64,000 nt of DNA from Candidatus Hadarchaeales archaeon (lineage in GTDB: Archaea; Hadarchaeota; Hadarchaeia; Hadarchaeales; WYZ-LMO6). Under the pieces are notes generated by a model. That model was not told the DNA's origin. It searched no databases and saw only the letters and a list, made by a program, of their open reading frames with translations. A program made the position numbers and the translations under genes. Position 1 is the stretch's first letter. Each line of letters starts with the position of its first letter. Shown here in pieces: positions 46,006 through 56,209 of this stretch. The DNA lies in contig JAWCKR010000006.1 in assembly GCA_038851755.1 (NCBI GenBank), positions 11,350 through 75,349 of the forward strand, given 5' to 3'.

Positions 46006-47091
46006 TCAGGGCTCCAAGTTTAGGCCCAGTCCCTCCGCCTCCTCCACCGCCCTCCTGAACTCCCGGGGGCTGAGAGGGCGGTTTATCTCCGGGTATTCCC
46101 CTGCCCTGTAGCAGGGACGGTACTGTGCCATCACGTTCACCCTCACCTCCCTTCCCAGGTTCTCCGCTATCCACCTGAGGACGGGAAAGGTACAGCACTC
46201 CAGGTGACCGGGCATCACCAGGTGGCGGATGAGGAGTTCGGCGTCCGAGTGGGCGGTGAGGTGGTTCCTGGTCACCGTCTCCCAGTACCTGGGTATGCCG
46301 GAGTATTTCCTGGCGCAGCGGTCGTTCCCCCACTTGAAGTCCGTCAGGTAGATGTCCTGGGTTCCCTTCAGGAGCTCCGCACTCTGGGAGCTGTAGTACA
46401 TGTTGGAGTTCCAGACCGAGCTGAGGCGTCCTTCGTATTCCCTCAGGGTCTCCAAGATGAAGAGGAGGTGGGGATCGGGGTTACCTCCCACGAAGTTCAT
46501 GTTCCTGGCGCCCTGTCTTTCGGCCGCCGAAAGGAGGGTGGAAAGCTGTCTGGGAGAGAACTCCTCCCCCTCCTCGGGGTACTGGGAGATGTCCCAGTTC
46601 TGGCAGAAGCAGCACCTGAAGGTACATCCGGAGAAGAAGATGGTGTAGGAGGGGACCAGCACGCTCTCCTCTCCGTAGTGCATGAACTCGGAGGCTACCC
46701 TCGTCCTGTCCACCCCGCAGAACCCCTTCTCCCCCTTCAGCCTGTTGACGCCGCACCGGTGCTCGCAGAGCTGGCAGGAGGAGAGAAGGCGGTGCGCCAG
46801 CTCCACCTTGAGGTCGAGGAGGGAGGACTCGGGCTTCTCCATCTCCTCCAGCTTCCTCCCTCCCCCGTCCAGGAGGGCCAGGGTCTTCCTGAACTCCTCC
46901 AGGGAGAGCCTGTGGACTCTCCAGAGCTCCTCCGTCTCCCAAGAGGGCTCGAAGGGTGCGGGTATTCTCTTGCACACCTGGAACCTGGGGGGAAGCTCCC
47001 CCCTGAGCACCCTGAAGTACCTGGGGAAGGACCTCTTGGCTCTCTCGTCACCCAGCACGGAGAAGGCGTCGGGTCTGAGAATCCTCCACAT
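46006..47091 (-). CDS. radical SAM enzyme, pyruvate formate-lyase-activase-like (AmmeMemoRadiSam-type)
   Basis: It has the CX3CX2C motif GCTFRCCFCQNW and an extra N-terminal Cys cluster CQLCEHRC. Confidence 0.7.
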   Translation of the reverse strand: MWRILRPDAFSVLGDERAKRSFPRYFRVLRGELPPRFQVCKRIPAPFEPSWETEELWRVHRLSLEEFRKTLALLDGGGRKLEEMEKPESSLLDLKVELAHRLLSSCQLCEHRCGVNRLKGEKGFCGVDRTRVASEFMHYGEESVLVPSYTIFFSGCTFRCCFCQNWDISQYPEEGEEFSPRQLSTLLSAAERQGARNMNFVGGNPDPHLLFILETLREYEGRLSSVWNSNMYYSSQSAELLKGTQDIYLTDFKWGNDRCARKYSGIPRYWETVTRNHLTAHSDAELLIRHLVMPGHLECCTFPVLRWIAENLGREVRVNVMAQYRPCYRAGEYPEINRPLSPREFRRAVEEAEGLGLNLEP

Positions 47092-47155
47092 TCCCTAAGT
47101 TTCAGGGTGAGTACATAGATTTATAAAACGCTCCCAAGGAGAAACTTGGAACGAG

Positions 47156-48037
47156 ATGATCGTGGTTGGGGGATCGGCCTCCAGGAAGCTCTCCTGGGAG
47201 ATAGCGAAAGAGCTCGACTGCAGGCTCTCCCAGCCCGAGGTCAAATCCTTCCCTGACGGGGAGCTTTACGTGAGGATACCGGAGGACCTCTCCGGAGAGG
47301 AGGTGGTGGTCGTGCAGTCCACGCCGCCGCCCCAGAACGAGAACCTGATGGAGCTCTTCCTGCTCCTGGAGGCGGTCTCCGAGCAGGGGGTACGCAGCTT
47401 GAAGGCCGTGGTTCCCTACCTGGCCTACGCCCGCCAGGACAAAATTTTCAAGAAGGGTGAGGCCCTCAGTCTCAAGCTCGTCTCCAAGTTCATAGAGGAG
47501 GCGGGGGCGGAGGAAGTGGTGGTGGTGGACATCCACGAGAGGGAGTCCCTCTCCTACTTCTCCGTGCCCGTGAAGAACGTCACCGCCGCCCCTCTGCTGG
47601 GCAGGTACTTCAGGGGGATGGGCCTGAGAGACCCCCTCTTCCTGGGTCCAGATGAGAAGGCCGTCCAGCAGGCGAGCAGGGCGGCCCAGGAGCTGGGGGC
47701 TTCCTTCGATTCCCTGGAGAAGGAGAGGCTTACCCCCGAGCTGGTGGTGACCTCGGGCAAGGAGCTCCGGGTGAGGGACAGGGACGCGGTAATCATAGAC
47801 GACATCATAAGCACGGGGGGAACGATAGCTGAGGCGGCCAAGATCCTGAAGAAGTGCGGGGCCAGGAGGGTCTTCGCCGCCTGCACCCATCCAGTGCTCT
47901 CTGGGAACGCGTTGCAGAAGATGACGGACGCGGGGGTGGAGAGGGTGGTGGGGACGAACACCATAGAGAATTCCCACAGTGTGGTTTCGGTGGCTCCCGC
48001 TGTGGTGGAGGGACTCAGGCAGTCCCGTCTCTCCTGA
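47156..48037 (+). CDS. prs: ribose-phosphate pyrophosphokinase
   Basis: It has the PRPP-binding motif IIDDIISTGGT and an N-terminal Prs domain. Confidence 0.85.
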   Translation: MIVVGGSASRKLSWEIAKELDCRLSQPEVKSFPDGELYVRIPEDLSGEEVVVVQSTPPPQNENLMELFLLLEAVSEQGVRSLKAVVPYLAYARQDKIFKKGEALSLKLVSKFIEEAGAEEVVVVDIHERESLSYFSVPVKNVTAAPLLGRYFRGMGLRDPLFLGPDEKAVQQASRAAQELGASFDSLEKERLTPELVVTSGKELRVRDRDAVIIDDIISTGGTIAEAAKILKKCGARRVFAACTHPVLSGNALQKMTDAGVERVVGTNTIENSHSVVSVAPAVVEGLRQSRLS

Positions 48038-48068
48038 GTTTTATAGCCTCTCCGTGGCTGGATAGGAT

Positions 48069-49097
48069 GTGAGGCTGGTCTTCTTCCTCTCCGGGGAGCA
48101 TCCGCAGCTCCCCAGGGCGGAGGTCCTGGGGGCCCTGCAGGCGGAGGGAGCCTCAGCCAGGGTGCTGGAGGAGTTCGAGCAGGTGCTGGTGGTGGAGACG
48201 GAGGCCGACCCGGTTAAAGTGGCTTCCAGGCTCGGGATGTCGCACGAAGTGTGGATGCATCTCTGCACCTCGAGGGTGGAGGAGCTTCTGGAGGCGGTGG
48301 CGAGCACCGACGTGGTTGACCTGATGCCCCACGGCAGGACCTTCGCGGTGAGGGTGGAGCGCGTGGGGAGGTCCTCTCCGCTGGTGAGCAGGGAAAAGCT
48401 TTCGAAGGAGGTGGCCGACCTGCTGAGGAGGGAGGTGGGGTTCAAAGTGGATCTGGAGAGACCGGAGGTGGAGCTCTCCATAGCGCTCACGGGGGAGGTG
48501 GGGGTGGTGGGGATGAAGCTGGCCTCCACCGCCAGGAACCAGCTGATGAGCCGGAGGCCCAGGCACCGCAGGGCCTTCCACCCCAGCACGCTTCACCCCG
48601 CCCTTGCCAGGTGTATGGTGAACCTCGCCAGGGCACCCAGGGGGGGAACCCTCCTGGACCCCTTCTGCGGGGTGGGAGGCATCCTCATAGAGGCTGGGCT
48701 GATGGGGATGAGGGTGGTGGGTGTGGATTTGGACCCGGAGATGGTGGAAAAGGCCAGGATGAACCTGGAGGGCTACGGGGTGAGGGGGTTCAGGTTGGAA
48801 GTGGGAGACGCCTGCGAGTGGAAGGGGAAAAAGGTGGATGCCGTGGCCACCGACCCCCCCTACGGGAGGCAGGCCAGCACCTGGAGGAGGGGAGTGAAGG
48901 AGCTGTACCGCAGGGCCCTCCCCGTGCTAGCGGGGGCGCTGAAGAGAGGAAGGTACATGTGTCTGACCTCCCCCTCCGAGCTGGACCTGGGTGAGATGGC
49001 GGCGGAGATCGGGCTGAAGGAAAGGGAGAGGTACGAGCAGAGGGTCCACCGGAGCCTCACCAGGAGGATCTACGTCTTCGGGGGGTTGAGAGGATGA
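48069..49097 (+). CDS. THUMP-domain tRNA (guanine-N2)-methyltransferase (Trm14/TrmG10-like)
   Basis: It has an N-terminal THUMP domain, the SAM motif I (LLDPFCGVGGILIEAG) and the DPPYG catalytic motif. Confidence 0.75.
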   Translation: MRLVFFLSGEHPQLPRAEVLGALQAEGASARVLEEFEQVLVVETEADPVKVASRLGMSHEVWMHLCTSRVEELLEAVASTDVVDLMPHGRTFAVRVERVGRSSPLVSREKLSKEVADLLRREVGFKVDLERPEVELSIALTGEVGVVGMKLASTARNQLMSRRPRHRRAFHPSTLHPALARCMVNLARAPRGGTLLDPFCGVGGILIEAGLMGMRVVGVDLDPEMVEKARMNLEGYGVRGFRLEVGDACEWKGKKVDAVATDPPYGRQASTWRRGVKELYRRALPVLAGALKRGRYMCLTSPSELDLGEMAAEIGLKERERYEQRVHRSLTRRIYVFGGLRG

Positions 49098-50014
49098 ACC
49101 TCACCCTGACCTTTCTTGGGACGGGCGGGAGCATCCCCTCCCCCTCCAGGGCCCTCCCCTCCCTCGCCGTCAGGAGGGGTGGGGAGCTCCTCCTCTTCGA
49201 CTGCGGGGAGGGCACGCAGGCACAGATGGTGAGGGCTGGCCTCAGCCCCCTGAAGGTGGATGCCGTGTTCATCTCCCACCTCCACGGCGATCACTTCCTG
49301 GGGCTGGCTGGGCTGGTGCAGACGATGTCGCTCTTCGGGAGGACCCGCCCCCTTGAGGTTTACGTCCCCGAGGGGGAGGAGGAGAGAATAGAGACCCTCG
49401 TAGGGCTACCCCACTACACCCTCGAGTTCGAGGTGAGGGTGAGGGGGCTCAAGGGTGGGGAAAGGTTGGAGAGGAACGGTTATCGTCTCTCCACCTCTCC
49501 GACCAGGCACGGGGTGGCTGGTCTGGCCTTCTCCCTGGAGGAGTTCCCCAGGCCAGGAAGGCTCGACCCGGAGAAGGCGGTGGCGCTGGGGGTGACCCCT
49601 GGTCCGGCTTTTTCCTTCCTGAAGGCGGGGAAGTCGGTGGCCCTTCCCGGGGGAAGGGAGATCAAACCGGAGGAGGTGCTGGGTCCACCTCTCCCCGGGA
49701 GGAAGGTGGTGTACGCGGTGGACACCAGACCCTCGGAGCAGACGGTGGCCCTCGCCAGCGGTGCGGACGTGCTCGTTCACGATTCCATGTTCGGGGAGGA
49801 ACTCCTGGAGAGGGCGAGGGAGGGAGGACACTCCACCTCCTCCGAGGCCGCCTGGGTGGCCAGGGAGGCGGGGGTGAAGCTGCTGGTCCTCACTCACCTG
49901 AGTCCCAGGTACAGGGAGGCCTCGGTCCTCCTGGAGCAGGCCAGGAGGGTCTTTCCCAACACGGTGGTGGCGGAGGACCTGATGGTGCTGGAGGTCCCCC
50001 TCGCGGGGAGTTAG
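49094..50014 (+). CDS. rnz: ribonuclease Z (tRNA 3' endonuclease)
   Basis: It has the MBL motif HLHGDH and is about 300 aa, like the short form of RNase Z. Confidence 0.85.
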   Translation: MNLTLTFLGTGGSIPSPSRALPSLAVRRGGELLLFDCGEGTQAQMVRAGLSPLKVDAVFISHLHGDHFLGLAGLVQTMSLFGRTRPLEVYVPEGEEERIETLVGLPHYTLEFEVRVRGLKGGERLERNGYRLSTSPTRHGVAGLAFSLEEFPRPGRLDPEKAVALGVTPGPAFSFLKAGKSVALPGGREIKPEEVLGPPLPGRKVVYAVDTRPSEQTVALASGADVLVHDSMFGEELLERAREGGHSTSSEAAWVAREAGVKLLVLTHLSPRYREASVLLEQARRVFPNTVVAEDLMVLEVPLAGS

Positions 50015-50407
50015 ATGCCTCCACGCGGGCGCGCCTGGTTCCTGCTTTTATGGTTTCTCCCCGTGGTGGACCTCTTCGCCATGGGGAGGATCTTGGGCTA
50101 CTACGCGGGGAGGGGGGTGCGGGTTCCACGCTCCCACGCCAGGCTGGCCATGGTGGAGCGATGGGTGGGCTACCTGCCTGCAGGCTTCCTGGTGGGCAGG
50201 TGGCTGGGTCCCCTCGGGGCCCTCTCCCTCTTCCTTCTAGGCATGCTCCTGGCCGGTCCCCTGGAGGTCCTCCTGATGTGGAAGGGAAGGGGCCCGTGGC
50301 GCTTCCTGCGGGGGAGGGGAGGAAGGCTCCTGGTCTGGATCTTCCTGCTGGAGGGCTACAACGCCCTGGGATACTTCGCAGTGGGTATCCTGCTGGGTAT
50401 CCTCTAG
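50015..50407 (+). CDS. small membrane protein, hypothetical
   Basis: Arg/Trp/Leu-rich ORF with 3-4 hydrophobic helices, immediately downstream of rnz. It could be spurious. Confidence 0.3.
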   Translation: MPPRGRAWFLLLWFLPVVDLFAMGRILGYYAGRGVRVPRSHARLAMVERWVGYLPAGFLVGRWLGPLGALSLFLLGMLLAGPLEVLLMWKGRGPWRFLRGRGGRLLVWIFLLEGYNALGYFAVGILLGIL

Positions 50408-50829
50408 GCCCCCTTCCTCACCTCTTCCAGGGAGACCTCCCTCAGGGCCCTGCCTTCCTTCGTCCTGGGGGCGAGATAATCGAGCACCAGTTCCGTGTCC
50501 TTTGTCTCTATGAGTACCCTGATGGGTCCCAGGGGCGCCTCCCCCTCCGTGAAGCTGACCTTCCCCACGAAGGCTGCCTGCTTGTTGAGCCAGAACTCCA
50601 GCCTTCCCTCCCCCCTCCCCTTCAGGAGGCAGTTCCTGGAGGAGTCCCTGATGGCCTGGAGGCGAAGGAGGTCCCTGAGATGGGAGAGCACCCCGGGGTC
50701 CTCTGAGCCCCCCCTCACCTTTCCTTCCACCCTCTCCAGCGGGAGGGAGGGGAAGAGGTTCCTCACCGCCCTCTCCACCTTGGAGGGGTCCTCGCTGGGT
50801 TTCACCTCAGCCTCCACCCAAACCCTCAT
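50404..50829 (-). CDS. COG1325/UPF0201 (DUF54)-family RNA-binding protein, paralog of the gene at 30391-30825
   Basis: It has VEAEVKPSEDPSKVERAVRNL and a similar overall pattern. Confidence 0.5.
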   Translation of the reverse strand: MRVWVEAEVKPSEDPSKVERAVRNLFPSLPLERVEGKVRGGSEDPGVLSHLRDLLRLQAIRDSSRNCLLKGRGEGRLEFWLNKQAAFVGKVSFTEGEAPLGPIRVLIETKDTELVLDYLAPRTKEGRALREVSLEEVRKGA

Positions 50830-51379
50830 CCCTCAGCAGCCCCCTGAAGAGCTCCTCGGCCTTCCCCTTGAGCTCCTCCAGCGTGCCCTCGTTGACGAGG
50901 AGGCGGTCGGCGAGGGCCAAGGCGTTGCCCGCCCCCCACTCCAGCTCCCTCCTCTCCTTCTGCAGGAAGCGCTCGTAGTCCCCCGCATCGTCCTCCCTCC
51001 TCCTAGAGCAAACCCTGGAGTACCTGAGGGAGGGACTGGACCAGACTCCCACCACCACCAGGTCCTTCCCGAAGGCCCTCCTGAACTCCTCCACCTCCTC
51101 CACCGAGCGGATTCCGTCCACCACCACCACGCCCCTCTCCCTCACCCTCTCCCTTATGAGGGGGAGGCACATCCGGGCCACCACCCCCCTTCCCCCTTCC
51201 TCCCTCAATCTGCTGGCCACCTTTCCCACGTTCTCCTCGTTCACCTCCAGGCCCAGCTTCCTGGTCTCGGCGATTACCACCTCACCCATGCGGAGGCAGG
51301 GGATGCCCAGGGAGAGGGCCACCTTCGCCACCTCCGTCTTCCCCGCGCCCTGGAGCCCCACCAGCCCCACCACCTTCAA
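50807..51379 (-). CDS. P-loop nucleotide kinase, UPF0200 (dephospho-CoA-kinase-like) family
   Basis: It has the Walker A motif GLQGAGKTEVAK and the VVVVDGIRS...E...F pattern. Confidence 0.6.
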   Translation of the reverse strand: MKVVGLVGLQGAGKTEVAKVALSLGIPCLRMGEVVIAETRKLGLEVNEENVGKVASRLREEGGRGVVARMCLPLIRERVRERGVVVVDGIRSVEEVEEFRRAFGKDLVVVGVWSSPSLRYSRVCSRRREDDAGDYERFLQKERRELEWGAGNALALADRLLVNEGTLEELKGKAEELFRGLLRDEGLGGG

Positions 51380-51391
51380 GCAGCCACCGTC

Positions 51392-51703
51392 CTACGCGGC
51401 CGCCGGGGTCCCCTGGGTCTTCTCTCCTTCCGGAAGAGGGGAGATCGTCACCTCGTCCTTGTGTTTGAGCTTCGTGTGAATGCCCAGGATGCGCCTCACC
51501 GGCCTGTTGTTGAGCAACACCTGATAGTGGTCGCTGAGCTCCCCCGTGGTGGGATCAAGCACGCTCTCCACCACCCTCGGGTGCCTTCTCCCCAGTTTCA
51601 TCAGGAGGGAGTCCAGGGTTTCCTCGTTATCTATGGGGACCCTCACGCTCCCAGTCCCGGCTCTCTTGCCCAGGTCCCCCTGGAGGGTAACCATCACATA
51701 CAT
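51392..51703 (-). CDS. MoaD/ThiS-like beta-grasp protein (no C-terminal GG)
   Basis: It is small with a ubiquitin-like pattern, but ends in ...TPAAA rather than GG. Confidence 0.35.
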   Translation of the reverse strand: MYVMVTLQGDLGKRAGTGSVRVPIDNEETLDSLLMKLGRRHPRVVESVLDPTTGELSDHYQVLLNNRPVRRILGIHTKLKHKDEVTISPLPEGEKTQGTPAAA

Positions 51704-51851
51704 CCGGTCGCCGACGATCTTTGGACGTTTCTTCGTCTAGACACTCCCTCTGGTTTTTATACAGGTGAGAGTATTCCCCGCGCCATAAAAACTTTTCACG
51801 CCACCCTTCCCCCAAAGCCTATATTTGGGCTCAGGCAAAAAAGTTGTTTAC

Positions 51852-53021
51852 ATGAAGGTCGTGCTGGGGTTCAGCGGTGGGCTCGACACCTGTGCCTGCC
51901 TGAGGCTCCTCCAGGAGAAGTACGATGCGGAAGTCATCACCGTCATCGTGGATGTGGGGCAGAGACCCGAGCTCTTCAAGGTGGCTGAGGAGAGGGCGAA
52001 GAAGCTGGGGGCGGTGAAGCACGTGTACATCGACGCCAAGGAGGAGTTCGTGAGGGAATACGTCTTCCGGAGCGTGAAGGCCAACGGATGCTACGAGGGC
52101 TATCCCCTCTCCATCTCCCTGGCCAGATATCCCACCGCCAGCTGGCTGGCCAGGATAGCCCTCCAGGAGGGAGCGGAGGCGGTGGCTCACGGCTGCACCG
52201 GGAAGGGTAACGATCAGTTCAGGTTCGACCTGACCCTCTCCGCTCAGGCGCCCGGCTTGCGCATCATCGCCCCCGTCAGGGAACTCAACCTGACGAGGGA
52301 GGTGGAGGTGGAGTACCTGGGGAAGTGCGGTCTCTCCTTTCCCTCCGCACCCTACAGCGTGGACGAGAACCTCTGGGGAAGGTCCATTGAGGGGAGGGAG
52401 CTGGAGGATCCCTTCAGGTCCCCCCCCGAGGAGGCCTTCCAGCTCACCCAGAACCCCGCCAAGGCCCCCAGGGAAGCCACCCTGATCACCCTAGGCTTCG
52501 AGGAGGGGGTCCCCGTTACCTTGAACGGTGAGCGCATGGGAGGGGTGAAGCTGATAGGAGAGCTCAACCGGCTGGCGGGTACCTACGGGATAGGGAGGAT
52601 AGACGTGATGGAGGACAGGATACTGGGCCTGAAGGTGAGGGAGGTCTACGAAGCCCCAGCCGCCACGGTGATCTTGGAGGCCCACAAGGCACTGGAGGCC
52701 CTTGTCTTGACCCGAGAGGAGCTGGTGGTCAAGGAAAGAATAGACCACAAGTGGAGCGAGATGGTCTACGGTGGAAGGTGGTTTGATCCCCTCAGGGAGG
52801 ATCTGGAGGCCTTCATAGAGGCTACCCAGCGCAGGGTCACGGGAGAGGTGAAGGTGGAACTCCTTCCGGGAAAAGCGCAGGTGGTGGGGAGGTCGTCACC
52901 GCACTCCCTCTACGAGAAGGAAATCGTGTCCTTCCACCTGCAGGGCTTCGACCAGAGGATGGCAGCCTCCGTCACCAAGTTCCACGGTCTGGACGGAAGG
53001 GTTAGGGGGATGAAGGGATGA
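51852..53021 (+). CDS. argG: argininosuccinate synthase
   Basis: ATG at 51852 gives MKVVLGFSGGLDT (PP-loop), followed by AHGCTGKGNDQ. It is the first gene of the argGCJBDF cluster. Confidence 0.9.
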   Translation: MKVVLGFSGGLDTCACLRLLQEKYDAEVITVIVDVGQRPELFKVAEERAKKLGAVKHVYIDAKEEFVREYVFRSVKANGCYEGYPLSISLARYPTASWLARIALQEGAEAVAHGCTGKGNDQFRFDLTLSAQAPGLRIIAPVRELNLTREVEVEYLGKCGLSFPSAPYSVDENLWGRSIEGRELEDPFRSPPEEAFQLTQNPAKAPREATLITLGFEEGVPVTLNGERMGGVKLIGELNRLAGTYGIGRIDVMEDRILGLKVREVYEAPAATVILEAHKALEALVLTREELVVKERIDHKWSEMVYGGRWFDPLREDLEAFIEATQRRVTGEVKVELLPGKAQVVGRSSPHSLYEKEIVSFHLQGFDQRMAASVTKFHGLDGRVRGMKG

Positions 53022-54046
53022 TCCGCGTCTCGCTGGTGGGGGTGGCGGGCTACACGGGCGGAGAACTCCTCAGGCTTCTCCTGAGACATCCCGAGGTGGA
53101 GATAGTGGGGGTTTTCGGGGACGAGCACGTCGGGTCACGCCTCGTGGATCTGCATCCCCACCTCTCAGGGGTGGTGGGGGAGAGGAGGGTGGAGAAGCCG
53201 GACTATGACAGACTGGGCTCCGAGTCCGACCTGGTCTTCATGGCCACGCCCAACGGCGTGGCGATGAGGGTGGTCCCTCAGCTTCTGAAAGGAGGGGCCA
53301 AGGTGGTGGACCTCAGTGCCGACTACAGGTTCGAGGACGTGAGGGTCTACGAGAAATACTACACCAAGCACGAGAGCCCTATGGTGAAGGGGGTCTACGG
53401 GCTCCCCGAACTTCACAGGGGGGAGATAAGGAAAGCTGACCTGATCGCCAACCCGGGTTGCTACCCCACCGCGGCCATCCTGGCCCTGGCCCCCCTGGTG
53501 AAGGGTGGGCTGGTGGAGCTCGACCGCCTGGTGGTGGATGCCATCAGTGGCACCTCTGGGGCGGGGAGGGGCCTCAGGGAGAACCTCCACCACCCAGTCT
53601 GTGGAGAGAATGTCAGCGCTTACTCCGTCACCAGACACCGCCACCTTCCGGAGATAAGGCAGGAGCTGGAGAGGCTGGCGGGAGGGAGGGTGGGTGTGTG
53701 CTTCACCCCCCACCTGGCCCCCGTGGTCAGGGGAATCCTCTGCACGGCCCACGCCTTCCTCAAGGAGAAGAGCTCCAAGAAGGAACTGCTGGAGTCCTAT
53801 AGGGAGTTTTACTCCGGGGAGCCCTTCGTGAGGGTGGTGGAGGGTCTTCCGGAGCTCAACTACGTGGTAGGCTCCAACTACTGCGACATAGGCCTGGAGG
53901 TCTCGGAGGAGGGGAGGTGGGTGGTGGTGGTCTCCGCCATCGACAACCTCTTGAAGGGGGGCTCAGGCCAGGCCATCCAGAACATGAACCTGAGGTTCGG
54001 GATGGAGGAGACGAAGGGGCTGGAGGCCCTCCCCATGCGCCCGTGA
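53018..54046 (+). CDS. argC: N-acetyl-gamma-glutamyl-phosphate reductase
   Basis: It has GVAGYTGGELLRLL and the catalytic Cys motif PGCYPTA. Confidence 0.9.
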   Translation: MIRVSLVGVAGYTGGELLRLLLRHPEVEIVGVFGDEHVGSRLVDLHPHLSGVVGERRVEKPDYDRLGSESDLVFMATPNGVAMRVVPQLLKGGAKVVDLSADYRFEDVRVYEKYYTKHESPMVKGVYGLPELHRGEIRKADLIANPGCYPTAAILALAPLVKGGLVELDRLVVDAISGTSGAGRGLRENLHHPVCGENVSAYSVTRHRHLPEIRQELERLAGGRVGVCFTPHLAPVVRGILCTAHAFLKEKSSKKELLESYREFYSGEPFVRVVEGLPELNYVVGSNYCDIGLEVSEEGRWVVVVSAIDNLLKGGSGQAIQNMNLRFGMEETKGLEALPMRP

Positions 54047-54050
54047 GAGG

Positions 54051-55277
54051 ATGGAACTGAAGAGGCTGAAGGGCGGAGTCACGGAGCCGGAGGGTTTTCT
54101 GGCGGCGGGAGTGAGGGCGGGCGTGCGCTCCAAGGGCCTGGACCTCGCCCTCCTGAGCTGCGAGGGAGGTCCCGTTCCCTCCGCAGGCGCCTTCACCACC
54201 AGCGCCGCCAGGGCCGCGCCCGTCATCCTCACCATGAAGCATCTGCGCAGGGAGCGTAGGTTAGGGGCGATCGTGGCGAACTCAGGCTGTGCCAACTCCT
54301 TCACGGGGGAGAGGGGCCTGAGGGACGCGGCCAGGATGGCGGAGCTGACGGCGGAGCTTCTGGGACTCAAGACCCACCATGTGGGCGTGGCCTCCACCGG
54401 TATGATAGGGACCTACCTGCCCATGGAAAAGGTGGAGGCAGGGATAAGGGAAGCCGTGGCCAGACTCTCACCCTCCAGAGAGGCCTCCCGCCTGGCGGCG
54501 CAAGCCATCCTCACCACCGACCGTTCCCCCAAGGAGGTGGCCGTGCGCGTGGAAACGGAGGAAGGCGTGCCCATAACCATAGCGGGGATGGCCAAGGGGG
54601 CGGGCATGATACGTCCTAGGTTGAGGACGGCCACCATGCTGGTCTTTCTTACCACCGACGCCAAGGTGGACCCCCTCTTCCTCCGATCCTCCCTCCAGAC
54701 CTCGGTGGACAGGAGTCTGAACATGATCACGGTGGACAACGACACCAGCACCAACGACATGGTCCTAATGATGGCGAGCGGGAAGGCGGGGAACGAAGAA
54801 CTGAAGGGAGACCGGAGGTTCCAGCAGGGTCTGGACTTCGTTCTCACGGAACTGGCCAAGATGATCGTGAAAGGGGCCGAAGGAGCCACCCGTATGATGG
54901 AGGTGAGGGTGAGGAACGCGAGGAGGGGGGAAGCCAGGAAGGCGGCCCTGGCCGTGGCGGGCTCCAATCTGCTCAAGGCGGCGCTCTTCGGGGGTGACCC
55001 CAACTGGGGGAGGGTGGTGGCCGCGCTGGGATATTCAGGGGCCCACTTCCATCCCAGTAAGCTCACCCTGAGGATAAAGAGCAGGAGGGGAGAGGCCACG
55101 CTGGTGGAGAAGGGAAGGCCCTTGGGTGGGCCCGAGCTCCCCGAGGCCGTGGAGGTGATGAGGGCGAGCGAGATCATCTTCGAGATAGACCTGGGGGAGG
55201 GAGAAGAGGAAGCCACGGCGTGGGGATGTGACCTGAGCCACGGCTACGTGAGGATCAACTCCCGGTACCGGACCTGA
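54051..55277 (+). CDS. argJ: glutamate N-acetyltransferase / ornithine acetyltransferase
   Basis: It has the ArgJ family autoproteolytic ATML site (TATMLVF). Confidence 0.9.
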   Translation: MELKRLKGGVTEPEGFLAAGVRAGVRSKGLDLALLSCEGGPVPSAGAFTTSAARAAPVILTMKHLRRERRLGAIVANSGCANSFTGERGLRDAARMAELTAELLGLKTHHVGVASTGMIGTYLPMEKVEAGIREAVARLSPSREASRLAAQAILTTDRSPKEVAVRVETEEGVPITIAGMAKGAGMIRPRLRTATMLVFLTTDAKVDPLFLRSSLQTSVDRSLNMITVDNDTSTNDMVLMMASGKAGNEELKGDRRFQQGLDFVLTELAKMIVKGAEGATRMMEVRVRNARRGEARKAALAVAGSNLLKAALFGGDPNWGRVVAALGYSGAHFHPSKLTLRIKSRRGEATLVEKGRPLGGPELPEAVEVMRASEIIFEIDLGEGEEEATAWGCDLSHGYVRINSRYRT

Positions 55278-55393
55278 GGACCCACCTTTAAATAAGGGGG
55301 GTACGTAGAAGAAAACCGGGTGATGAGCTGCAGGAGCAGGCAGGCGTTCTGCTGGAGGCCCTGCCCTACATCAGGCGTTTTCACGGGCAGACG

Positions 55394-56209
55394 ATGGTGA
55401 TAAAGCTCGGCGGAGAGGTCATGGAGAAGAAGAAGACCCTCGATTCCCTTCTCCAGGACGTGGTCCTCCTGCATTACGTGGGGATGAAGCCCGTGCTGGT
55501 GCACGGGGGAGGTTCGGAGATCACCAGGGAGATGAAGAAGGCGGGGAAGGAGCCGGAGTTCGTGGCTGGGTTGCGCGTGACCGACCGGGAGACCATAGAA
55601 ATCCTGCACAAGTACCTGGTGGGGAAGCTCAACACGGAGATCGTCCTGGGGATAAACAAGCACGGAGGAAGGGCCGTGGGGATTTCGGGAATGGACGGGA
55701 AGATGATCCTGGCCAGGAAGATCAGGGAGGTGACCACTCCCGAGGGCGGAAAAATGCACGTGGACCTTGGGTTCGTGGGAGAGATAGAAAGAATAGACCC
55801 CCACATGGTGAACTTCCTGCTCTCCAACGGCTACATACCCGTGCTCTCCCCCCTGGGCGTGGACGAGGAGGGGAGGAGCTTGAACCTGAACGCCGATACC
55901 GTGGCCGCGGAGTTGGCGGTGGTGATGGGCGCCAGGAAGCTCATCGTCCTCACCAACGTGAAGGGTGTGCTCAGGGACCCCAAGGACGAGGGGAGCCTGA
56001 TCTCCCAGCTCACCTTGGAGGAGGCCAGGTCCCTGCTGGCCTCAGGGGTGGTCACGGGGGGCATGATCCCCAAGCTCAAGGCGTGCATCAGGGCGGTGGA
56101 AGGGGGAGTGGAGAGGGCCCACGTCCTGCAGGGCACGATGCCACACGCCCTGCTCCTCGAACTCCTCACGGACAGGGGAGCGGGGACCATGATCGAGAAA
56201 GGGAAGTGA
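55394..56209 (+). CDS. argB: acetylglutamate kinase
   Basis: It is an amino-acid kinase family protein with VIKLGGEV and VLVHGGG. Confidence 0.9.
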   Translation: MVIKLGGEVMEKKKTLDSLLQDVVLLHYVGMKPVLVHGGGSEITREMKKAGKEPEFVAGLRVTDRETIEILHKYLVGKLNTEIVLGINKHGGRAVGISGMDGKMILARKIREVTTPEGGKMHVDLGFVGEIERIDPHMVNFLLSNGYIPVLSPLGVDEEGRSLNLNADTVAAELAVVMGARKLIVLTNVKGVLRDPKDEGSLISQLTLEEARSLLASGVVTGGMIPKLKACIRAVEGGVERAHVLQGTMPHALLLELLTDRGAGTMIEKGK